The notes below the pieces were generated by a model, which had not been told where the DNA came from, searched no databases, and saw only the letters and a program-made list of their open reading frames with translations. Positions 53,601-64,000 of a DNA stretch of 64,000 nucleotides are shown here, piece by piece; positions within the stretch are counted from its first letter, which is position 1; each line of letters starts with the position of its first letter. The DNA lies in contig CM119372.1 in assembly GCA_051294905.1 (NCBI GenBank), positions 3,474,001 to 3,538,000 of the forward strand, read 5' to 3'. Source of the DNA: Botryllus schlosseri. Taxonomy: Eukaryota. A program made the translations under genes and the position numbers.

Positions 53601-56600
53601 ACGATCCGAGTCGAATAGTGAGAGATGATTCTTTCGAATACTGAAAATTATGCGATTCTTGCTACAGAGCAATCAAAATAGTAGTTGCTACAGTATTTTC
53701 TACTGCAAAGGTTTGAAACCTCAATTGGTCGTACCACAGCATATGAAATGCAGTACAGTAGAAAGCTACTGTACTTAATGGAAATTTCTGTGAAGTCATG
53801 GTCAGAAAGTACAATGAAATGAAGATGGTCATTAAAATACCAAATAATCTTTAACATGATGTAGAGATAGCAATATTTTCTTTGTGGTAGCTTAAACGGT
53901 ACATATTTCAACTTTCCACATCATTCATTAACCGCAAGCACATATCTTCAACTTGAAACGGATTGGCCACCGTTACTTCTTGACAAGCAAAGTTTACATT
54001 CGAAATTGAAATCAATCAGCGACTGGCGTCACTGCAAATCAATGCGATCAATTTATATTCACAATTCCAGATACCAGGTCCACGTTTTTATATCAAAAAG
54101 CCTAGCCATCATAGTAGCAACGAGACACACCGATACCTTGCAAAGGAGAATCAATAGACATTTATAATTTATTTACGATCACAGCTGAGCACTGATATCA
54201 GACAAGGGACCTCTCTCTAAACGAGATGAAGAGATTTTAGGTTAGTTTTTATAGCGCTATTGTGTGTAGGTTGAACCGACACAATACTAACCCCGAGATA
54301 AAACTATTCCAGGCATTTTGACTCTCGAACACATATATACATTACGAGAGGCACTTACGCGAGTGTGAGGCACGTTTCCCGTACAACTTGAGATCTCAAA
54401 TCTCTTGTGTTTAACACGAGAGCAGGCTCTAACGTTCTCAGATGATGCGCAAAAGACTCGTGCTCCGTGCCTCCGTTGGCGATGACCGCACGCAATGTTC
54501 TCAACTACAAAAAATAGGATTTAAAATAGATAAATACATGCCGACATGATTGTTATTGTCAAAATTTGTTGCCATACAAACACATCAAAACATATCCGGC
54601 ATTCAAACGCCAACTACAAATATAAAAAGATAGAAAATACAGTGCCCAATATAACGAATTACTCATATTAATGATATTGAAGAGCTTTTTGGAAGTATAG
54701 AACTTTAATACACAATTGCATAGTAGTTATTCCTATTTAAATGAATCAGAATTTTTTCAGCTGACACTCGTCAGCGGTAATCGTCAGCAAACTAGTAGAG
54801 AATTGAAAATATACAATGTTCTTTTCAATCTCCACTAGTTGCTGACGATTACCACTGACGAGTGTCAGTCGAAAATATTCGGGTTCATTTCAACATGAAT
54901 ACCGTACACTATTCAATTGTACACTGATATTGAATAAGCTGTTTCCTGTAAAATAGGGTATTTTGATCTCTAAATGTAAAATTGCAAGTACCTCATTCTT
55001 GCATTTTTGGCCTAAGGAACTCAAGAAATTCAGGCCCAACAACAGGTCCAAACAAGTTCGACATTAGTAAATAGTAACCATTCTAGCACCATAATCGCAT
55101 ATGCCAAGTGTACATCGTTGTAATAATTTTAATCATTATATTATACGATATCATTACGGAATTGAAAATTTACAATCAATCAACCAGACAACAGTTTACA
55201 ACTCTTAATCTATATCGACTATTGCATGTAATCAGAAAATGAGATTAAATTTTAATCAAATATACTTAGGCTAAATCTAATCTCAAAGTTCACTCGATAG
55301 TATTAAGGAAGCCTAGTCAAGAATGTGAGACGAATGATGAGGTCCAGCAAAGAAAAACATATGTTTTGCTGCTACACAGCATAAGAAATGGACTATTTAT
55401 TTCATAGCAATACCGCCGCACTACCTGAACCTAGTTAAAAACTACCTGAACCTAGTTAAAAACTATTATTACCAAAGCATTCTCACGGAACTTATGAAAT
55501 ATGAAAATATGAGGCTATTGGAAACATTTTGAGATTGTGGTAGATACTGATATTCCAGTGATCTTCAATATTGGCTTAGCCCTACTTGTGATCAGTCAAT
55601 CCTCAAGTAGGTTAGGAGGATGGGGTGTTCCTTGGGTCATTAGATAGTACCCACAAGCCACAGATCAGCAAGCTTGACAATCGATCATATTGCTATCTTT
55701 TCCATACTTGTACACGCTATCAGTCTAGTTAGTTATTAATGATGAACTAACTAATGGTTTTTTGAGTAGTTCTAGTTGCAGATTCGAAAAAGTGACTAGT
55801 TCATTTATATTGAAAATTTTCGAAAATAATTTAGAACTGGAAAAAAAAATTTTGGCTTGAATCGCCATACCGTGTTCTGTTGTGTGATGCTAGCTCAAAG
55901 TTATCACTACTGACAGTAGCGTGACCAGTAGGGTTGTTCAGATTTGAAAAATTGTCAGGAAACTTCGACCATTGTGATCCAAATGATGGTTTAGTACATA
56001 AAAACACTTTTATGAGCAAGTTTGGTCATCTTCATCGTGATCTTCCTTTACCTCAAAGCCCCCAAAGATCCAGAGGTCATTTCTCCTTATTACAGCTGAT
56101 ACACCAGAGTGTTTACGTTGACGTAGTGCTCTGTAGTGTTGACCGTGTAACCAGTTTGTAGCTTTTGTGATGTTATCAGTTGAAAACGGTTGTGCAGAAA
56201 TAAGGAATTGCAAGGAAGTATATTTGTTTTAAAAATTGTACCTAAATGTTGTCTTATAAATATCAGATGTATCTCCGTTTTCCTGTTCAAAACCCGTCTA
56301 TCGTGTTCATGGGAAGCATTTATTAGTTGCACGGGTGACACTGGTTTGTTGTGGATCGTACTTCGAAGCAGCGCCGTTGGATTGCAAAGTCGTGAACAAA
56401 TGTAGAGATTTGCAGCTACTTTTTAAGCAGTAAATGTATTGAAAGGTGTATGATATGTAATGTCAGTAATATTTACCTCAATTTTAGTTTATCTGTAACA
56501 TAACGAGTAATTCAATTTGATGGTAGAGTGCAATTTAGTAGAAGAAGAATGCCTGACACAAAGCGGAGAAAGGTAGTGCCGGATCCACCAAGAACAAGAT

Positions 56601-59600
56601 CGAAGTCTGGTTACTATTCGAGCGGATAGTCATCTGATTGTATCAGTCACTCCCAGTTCTAAAATATCTGCTATATCTGAAAGAAAACTGCCCTAAGACT
56701 ACCAAAACGCAGGAATTTATTCTTCAAACTGTTGGAAGAGGTTGCCAAACTTCATGCCGCTTGAACTTTATCATCTTCAAAAGAACATGTCAATTGTGAT
56801 GAACTCGATAAGTTGGGGGACCTTGGACATTGCGACGCAGTTGTCGCCATCTCAGAAAAATGAAGACATCGCATTTTATGAGGACCAATAGTATTCTCGC
56901 GGTGCACGACTCGCAAGAAGACATGAGACCTTTGAAAGAAACCAGGCTGAGATTAGTGACGAACCTGTTTCAGCATCTGCGAGCATAAGTTCTAGTGATG
57001 AATTTGCTACATTAATGTCCTCATCACCTGGGAAGGAAACCAGTACACCACCCCCTGATTATGATGCTGCAATCAAATATCCTTCATTTATTGAACTTCA
57101 AGCTCCTAGAAACTTGTTAAGAAAGAAACATATTACTGATAAGCTGGACCGCCTAAAATTGACTGATAACCAAGCAACTATGCTACTTAGTGCTTTCATG
57201 CAGGCATGCGGAGGGAATATTGATGCCTTTGTGCTATCCATATCATGTATAAAAGAGACAGATAAAGGCTAATCGCCGTAAGGTTCCACATGATATATTT
57301 GAATCATTCCAACAAGACCTATCCAATCCTGCTGCTATATATACAGTGGGATGGAAAGTTGACAGAAGACAGATTTGGAACAAACTATGAAGCATTGGCT
57401 GTGATATTGTCTTCTTATCCTCAGCATACAGATGGAAAATTACTTGGAATTCTCAACATTTTTTCAATGATAATACCAATTGTCGCAAGCAACGAAAATA
57501 TTATAACGTGCTGATTATTTTTTGCCATAATCTGCTTCATAAAGTTGGATTATTCAAAATGTTCTCACAATAAATTCATTGGAGTTTCAGAAACATACAT
57601 TGGCTTCACTTGACTCTCTTGTTGTTACAAGAGCAAGCCTTGTATCATGAACTTGTTGGATTTTCACAATGTTGCTCAATAGGTACCCTTGTCATATTCC
57701 ACACTATGGCAACCTCTTAGACTGTTTGAACAGGACAGTCCTGCGTTTTGGTCGTCTTCGGGCAATAAGTGAACGGGAATATTGAGTAGTGGACTTGTCT
57801 CTTGTTCTTTGCAGGACAGGTACAACCCTTCTCCACTTTGTTTCAGACATTCTTCAACTAAATTCCGGTCCTCCATCATATTAGACAACTCAGTATTTTA
57901 CAAATGAGCTGAAATTGTCCGGAGGCACTTTCATTGCACATTATGTTCCTACTTAATAGATCTTTCACCAACGTTAACAAAATAAAAGCAACCTGGAAAT
58001 GCATGCAATTGTCTCATTCATATAGCCTGACTAGCTGTAGCAGTGGGCCTATAGAGATAACAACACATGTACCAGAAGGTCGCACTGGCATTTATGTAGT
58101 TCAATACGATTGCCAAAAAGATATATTACCATGATATTTATCACCTATAGACGGTCGTTTTCAACTGCAAACTCCAATAAAGGTACAATCATCACCTCAG
58201 AGCACTGCTTTACAATAAGAGCTAGGTAAAAAGTCTGGGGAATCCCCAATAATTAGGAGAATTGGCCCCTGATCTTTAGGGGCATTGAGAAAAAGGAAGA
58301 TCACGATGAAGATGACCAAAATTGCTCATAAAATTGTTTTTGTGTACTAAACCATCATTTGGATCACAATGGCCGAAGTTTCCGGACAATTTTTCAAATC
58401 TGAACAACCCTAGTGACCAGGGGTGTTTGGTGGTCGAAATCTCTCCCATTTTAAACACGGTCCTTCTGCAATGCTGGTTCTATCTCCAACATTTCTTGGA
58501 TAATTTGCAATTCAGTAATTAGTATCAACAGTAATTAGCTAGTTGTGTTTTAGTTAGTTGCGGATTTTTAAAGGTGGTTAGTTCAAGGTCTAGTTGGTAG
58601 TTTTGAAAAGTAACAGTCCTAATATCAGTTCTAGTTGAACATCTTGAAATCCAGTATCTTGTACAATGTACAAGCCTGATCTTGTCGGCACAAACTGTTT
58701 GCATTTTTATCCACCAAAGGACTGCATTTCTGCCTAGCATTGTGCAGTAAGCAGTAGCACAAACCAATACATTCACAGTATTTCCATACTGGCATGAATA
58801 CAAAACTTCAAGTTGCACTCACTGATTTGGACCTTGCTTCCCAGTCTTTTTTCTGGTCCGAAAGAACGGCCTGGATCCGATTCATGCAATCGTCGAATTC
58901 CCGGATGTTATAAAAGCTGACTTTGGGCAGGTCTTTCTCCATGCTGAGCATAAACGTCTCATCGTCGACGGCGCCGGCTGGAAAATGAGAGAAGCAAATT
59001 GAAGAATATTCAAGCAACAGTGTATGTGGAAAGATGATAATAATCTGCAACAGATAGGACAAAAGCTTGAAAAGGCAGCATGTTTGATTTACAAATTCGT
59101 GGCAGTGCTTGATTTGGAGATGAAAGAATGACAGAAAGTCTTCAAGTGATACAAAATACATCGATACAAAGTTAATCAACATTTTTAGGCTTGTTAGCGT
59201 GTGAAAATAGGCCCAAACACTCACGAGTACGACTGAGCACAATGATTACAGTACTCGAATCTGAATCGAGTATTAATACCAACGAGACACGTACACGAAA
59301 TGAGAAATATGTATGGGTCTACTCATAATACACAAATTAGGCTACATCCACAATACACATTTGACACAGAAGTAGTAAAAACAGTTATGATCAGGACCTG
59401 CTAAGCCATACAAAGATTTATTTAATGAGAGATTAAATACAAAAATCACGATTGACACATTATTCTTGACACATTATCACCATTGACACATTGCTATCAT
59501 GCTGAGGTGACGACAAATTCACTTATCATAGTAAATAAACTATATGTTAAACGCCAAAATGCAGCATTTGCTATCATGGAAATATACCAGCTAGAGCTAC

Positions 59601-62600
59601 CATTCCCGAGTTTAATTACAACCTGCACAGACCATATCTGCAAAACAGGCTAGTGGAAGACACTTGCCATTGGTAGATTTCCTAAGATCAGTTATTCCCT
59701 TGAAGTGAATTTAATATTTTCGTAGGCTACTTCATCGATACATTAATCAATATACTGCTGATGTTAATGCATACTAAATCATTACCATAATCACAAAGAC
59801 GATGGAAGAACTCTACATTACAGCTGAGCAGCATAATAGATATATTCAGACACATACACAAGCACGACTTCACTATAGTAAGATACAATACGAATCACAA
59901 GACACCCACCCATTCGATATTGTCACCACATTCACACATTGAGCCTAAATATTATATACCACACCATTTATTACAGATTCCTAACACACAATGACTAGGA
60001 AAGTCACTGAAAAGGCTCAAATAAAGTTCAAGCCAATTTGACAAAAAGCACACACCAACTGACACACAAGGTTATAATTTATTGGAATATTTCAAATAGC
60101 CTCCTACTCGCCATTCATACATTGGATATTACGTAGTTGCGAGTTGCCAGCGGCAAACACGACTAACCTTTCGATAATAGAGTGAACACCACGTAAATAT
60201 AGCAATGGCCACAGAATTCATGGGGCTAATTTTACGGCAGCCAGCCTACAATTATGTTTGATTTGGATGCATTGAAACACGCTGTTGATCACACAACAAA
60301 AGCTAAAATTACATGCTGGTATCAGTGGGAGGATATCGTTTTGTGAATGGTACCGCCCACCGTAAATACTATTATTTGAAATCCTAAAATTTTAAACATC
60401 AATAACTTCGCGTCTACTGGTTGGAATTGAGCCAAATTCGTTGTGCATCGTTTTTCAGGTAACATAACAATTTCATGGGGTAGCCAGTAAAATTTCGAAA
60501 AAAAAAAGTGTTATTTTTGAACCGTTCTACTGTAGCATAGCGACTGAATATTTTTTAGAAAATGCATCTATTGGCTATTTGTATTTGTCCAGCATTTTCT
60601 ACTTCTGCTTGAAGTGGTTTTGGTATATCTTGGAAAATGCTTCATCTACTTATTATAATCAAGTAAAAATTTAAACTACGGTACTTGAATAGCAATGATG
60701 ATACTTTGATACACGACCTTCGAATAGGACTCTGTCAATACCATGACCGCGGATCAAAAGGAAGAATGGAGATTCACATTGCAAAACTATCTTACTCAAA
60801 CTCAACTGACCAATAAATGGCACACACATGAGCAAAATAATAATACATCACTAGGAGTAAATACGCAAAGAATATGAACCGGTATCCAGACACGAAAGAA
60901 CTCGTAGTAGATTACCATGTTATGTTTACTGGAGATGGATTAGCAATCAATAACTTGGTCATTTTTCAGATCCGAAATCACTAAAACAAACATCAATTGA
61001 TCCTGATGCGGTGTCTGCTAGTTATTTTGAATCAATTTTCCAGACCTTACAGAGAATATAATTTTCACAGGCCGGTATCATAACCAAATGCAAGCAATAT
61101 ACAAGTAAAACTGGACATCCATAAAACCCATTAAAATTATCGAACTGATGTAGTGAGGCTCATTAAATCAGCAGTAGTTTGCAATAAATGTTTACTCACA
61201 GCGCAATGAATACCACGAGTTCACTATCATATTAAATGATGCCAGCCATGAAAAACTAATCAAAACATCCAGTTAACATGTTACAACTTTGCACCGCCTA
61301 GACACGGGTAGAACATGATACCGCTACGCTGCAGTTGTGAATAGATGTTCCAAGAAGGATACAACACATGATATCAAATCATTGTAGGCTAGTAAATAAA
61401 AAATTGGAAGCAGACTGGAGCAATATCTAAACTTGTCCCAGAAGCATCGAAACAGCAGATTATAATATGCAAGGATGAATTTCACACCTAATATTCGACT
61501 TGATTGTCTTACTACAGTTTCAAAAGGTTTCGCAAATACATCCGATTCATGATGTAACTCTACTCCTATCCAAGTTGATTATACTACAGGTCTACAATTT
61601 TCATTGCACCGAAGTATCAGATCACAATACAGCATAAAGCTGATAAGAGTATTACTCTTGAGTAGCCTAAGGAGAACCTACCAAATTACAATACACTCAA
61701 TACAGTGGGTTTGGACTGGGTGGGAGACAATTTATAGTAGGCTAGCAGTTTATACAACACCAGTACACATCAGCATTTATGCGTTTACAGTATAATATTT
61801 CAACTACTTTGAAGCAATTAATGAATTACCAACAGCTACGAAGATATACCATTCGTTCAAGAACTCATATTCGAAACCATTTTCAATCCATTAAATAATT
61901 CAGTATCATAATTATCATAATAGAGATTGCAAGTGGTGATGATATAATATTTCAATAAGATTACTACAAGGATTACCACACTCTTCATCATCATGTACAC
62001 TACTTGATTAGTCAGATTATGGGATTAGCTTAAATCTTGTCTATAATTGATTTGCTTATAGCACTTTCTAAATTGACTGATATCAATAAGCAGGTATTGG
62101 AGTGAGCCCAGACTTACATCCATCCACATCATGTAGCCAACTTACAAAATCACAGCATGCATATCTTTGACCAACGCAGAATGGCATTTGACGCTGTGGA
62201 TCAGCGTTTCTCAAACTTTTACATAAAATCAAGAAACGTATTTTGACAATAAAGCACGCGAAGCTCGACTAAAATTTAAAATTGAACAATTCTCCACCAA
62301 AATAGTCTACTTTATGTTGATTTGTTTCCTGAAATTTATTTATGGTTGGAAATTTTATGGATCGTTCAAATTTTTTTAGAAAATGCTTGGTAATCCTAAA
62401 AAATGTCTCGCGGACCCCAGTTTGAGAACCCCTGCTGTATATAAATGGAATTTCAATATTATTTACTATAGGCCTACTTGTGATATGGGGACGTACTGCC
62501 TACTGGCTACAACAATCTCACCGAAAAAAATTACGCAAATCAACCACTACTTTCTACCTGAAAAAATGCGGAAAATTACTATGTCACAAATTTCGACATC

Positions 62601-63037
62601 GAAAATTATAAAAATCTCAAATCTACAAATAAAAACATGTAAGCACGTAAAAATCTGTTAGGAAAAAGTAAAAATTCAAGACCAAAATAGCCTACATAAA
62701 ACACCTGCAACCAAACTGTCATGAATAAACAGGCAATGTAAAATCGGACCTCAAGAGTGAATACTTTCAAGTATTCCGGAAGTTGCGCATTGAAGATTGA
62801 CTCAATTACTGTTTAAGTACAGGCACAAACCAACATCGTACCATTGATGTGCCAACATTAAGCGTCACACCTCAATAACGTTAAAAGAATCTGCACTTGA
62901 GGAATAAAACACAACAAACGGGAGCCGATGGACAGATTGTGCCAACGAGTTGCAGACAAGTAAAATATATTTCTCACCTTCCGATACACTTGCCTTCGCA
63001 GGTATCGCGGACCGTCTTCCGGAAGAAGAATGGGTCG
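26679..63037 (-). CDS. CLASP: CLIP-associating protein CLASP (TOG2 to C-terminal domain; 5' exons not found in window)
   Basis: Exons 5'->3': 63037-62978, 58977-58823 (AGAVDDETF..DWEAR), 54504-54359 (DLRSQVVRETCLTL), 53518-53383, 52268-52138 (THAPRLIPII), 51541-51464 (GISDADAEARSEARK), 49815-49654, 48884-48826, 48764-48645 (RSRSDID), 47032-46952, 44412-44290 (GSRSNSP), 43746-43512 (SRIP), 41999-41905, 40845-40739, 40370-40264 (SSVCSDRS), 39130-38984 (NWADRKEGL), 38922-38859 (RMFADPHGK), 37398-37235 (LLKKMGADLLGSVQAKV), 36826-36604 (DQTQTPNLKVK..EPKSQDVRK), 36326-36186, 35368-35253, 35188-35050, 32415-32320, 32257-32137, 31343-31147, 29908-29777, 28728-28519 (VVRAAE), 27532-27413 (GYDN..RKAAVFCLV), 26729-26679 (MKLLQVYIKR..stop). 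Confidence 0.95.
26813..26941. mobile_element. Mini Penelope-derived insertion (inverted hammerhead pLTR + forward tail)
   Basis: Minus-strand hammerhead at 26844-26887, then forward pLTR tail; flanking direct repeat tcaagtagtt (26803-26812, 26942-26951). Lies in the last CLASP intron. Confidence 0.8.
30620..31108. mobile_element. Palindromic MITE, Kolobok-like
   Basis: ~200-bp inverted arms aggggcactgcactct / agagtgcagtgcccct, flanked on both sides by ttca (TTAA-like 4-bp TSD). Confidence 0.75.
32670..34210 (-). mobile_element. Older Penelope 3' fragment (GIY-YIG tail + hammerhead pLTR) interrupted by a DNA transposon
   Basis: 32670-33004 and 34171-34210 match the reverse complement of ~11640-12005 with divergence; hammerhead at ~32696-32740. 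Confidence 0.85.
33005..34170. mobile_element. Non-autonomous DNA transposon (P- or hAT-like)
   Basis: Perfect 14-bp TIRs cataggcgccgaac / gttcggcgcctatg; perfect 8-bp TSD ccaacaag; subterminal ggcatgcc repeats. Confidence 0.9.
35412..36080. mobile_element. Palindromic fold-back MITE (same family as 14919-15579)
   Basis: Long inverted arms with taggggtgttc / gaacacccccta-type termini; interior highly similar to 14919-15579. Confidence 0.85.
39502..39993. mobile_element. hAT-like MITE family B, complete copy
   Basis: TIRs cagggttgta / tacaaccctg; perfect TSD gatgctgc. Confidence 0.9.
43185..43365. mobile_element. Degenerate Penelope pLTR pair (inverted) with decayed hammerheads
   Basis: Minus remnant ctcgtcaggtcagcaactagtagag, then forward ttctctactagttgctgacgatt..gccgaaaatacttggg. 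Confidence 0.7.
49915..50210 (-). mobile_element. Two tandem Penelope pLTR/hammerhead remnants
   Basis: Two minus-strand copies (~49915-50050 and ~50140-50210); the second keeps CTGAAGA..GAAA..TTC^gggt. Confidence 0.75.
54678..54922. mobile_element. Inverted pair of Penelope pLTR/hammerhead remnants
   Basis: Minus copy ~54678-54810 abuts plus copy ~54811-54922 (gctgacgattaccaCTGACGAgtgtcagtcGAAAatattcgggt). Confidence 0.8.
55929..58412 (+). mobile_element. Decayed hAT-superfamily DNA transposon with long TIRs and transposase remnants
   Basis: ~140-bp TIRs tagggttgttcagatttgaaaaattgtc; perfect 8-bp TSD gtgaccag; broken ORFs including LDRLKLTDNQATMLLSA and QWDGKLTED..LAVILS..GKLLGI (WDGK motif of hATm-type transposases, from memory). 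Confidence 0.85.
62202..62434. mobile_element. Small hAT (Charlie-like) MITE
   Basis: TIRs cagcgtttctcaaact / agtttgagaacccctg with a gcggacccc subterminal motif. Confidence 0.7.
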
Positions 63038-64000
63038 CTGAAAATACCGTAAAAATCAACATGGCAAATTGGCAATGTCTCAATCAAGCCATGGATCTCA
63101 TCCTGACTGCTGGAAACGAGATATTTCTAGTTGTCTAATTATATAATTTGAGCGAAATACCGGTGGTAATCTAATTCTAATCGAAACTGTGAATGCTTCA
63201 ATTAAAATTATACTTTCTAGTTCCAGTAAAATTGCTTCAGGGGAACTGTATAGTGAGAAAGGGGCCAAGATTGGTGCACAGACATTCTCACAAGCATGGG
63301 AATGAAATCTCAAGTTTTTGCGAATTCGTTAATTCTAATTGTAATCTAATGTGAAAAAAATGTAGCTAAAATTCTATTACTAATCGAATTTGGAAAAGTT
63401 GAAAAATCTACCCGTGATCTAAATTACTGAGTCCACAGTCCACACAACAACTGTCGAATAATGTCTATATTACATCGAGCCCACATTATTGCAGAGCGAA
63501 TCTGCTGTTGATACCAAATTTGCAAATTCATGCCACGACAAAATCGTCGGGCCAATATTAAAATTGATTGTTGAAATAAACTTGAGCATCACATGAATAT
63601 CCGGACCGATTTGGTTCAACAAATCACTGTCCGTCGACGTACAAAGTTAATGTTACAATGAATTGGTGAATTCATAGCTACAATAAAGAACAGGAATACC
63701 ATACCGTTGATAAACGAGTGTGGAATGATAACTTCAATCAAAAATATTAATATAAAAACAATATTCAACTTCCCAACACTGAAAAAACTAAAAACATCAT
63801 TGAATATCACCATCAACTCAGTCAGATTGTTTCAGGCCAGTTATATGCAGTGGAAATTATAGATTAGATATTTCGAAGAAGCAAAAAACACTGGAAGTCG
63901 ATAAATCCCTCTGGACAAACCTAATATCAAAGTTTGGGGTAGTGTACTGTACTACACATAATATTCTTATCTTCTTTCAATTGTTATTGGTTTTACAAAC

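Noticed and set aside
55420..55463. 21-bp tandem duplication (similar one at ~16309-16335)
   Set aside because: Ordinary local slippage duplications with no further structure.

Overview
Animal genomic DNA: AT-rich, intron-rich and transposon-dense. The chordate-like CLASP, ~60-nt minimal introns and TTAGGG repeats suggest an invertebrate chordate such as an ascidian, but this is inference. Three host genes were assembled by hand from phase-consistent GT-AG exons. (1) The 3' end of a coiled-coil protein gene (+, 1198-2858). (2) A 10-exon, 403-aa gene (+, 12782-22260) that the ORF track does not show as one unit. It encodes a signal peptide, a dibasic site, a low-complexity linker and a C-terminal AID/APOBEC-like deaminase fold whose HxE and PCxxC zinc/catalytic motifs are degenerate, i.e. 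a candidate secreted pseudo-deaminase. (3) Most of CLASP (-, 26679 to >63037). Mobile DNA includes a young Penelope-like retroelement (RT + GIY-YIG, inverted 3' duplication, 12-bp TSD) carrying minimal type I hammerhead ribozymes, and about 8 further loci of short hammerhead-bearing derivatives. There is also a fold-back element filled with inverted telomere-like repeats (8-bp TSD), many hAT-like MITEs, Kolobok-like and P/hAT-like elements, LINE fragments, several nested insertions and an unidentified decayed coding stretch at 22.6-24.1 kb. All homology calls are by eye from remembered family motifs; no searches were run.
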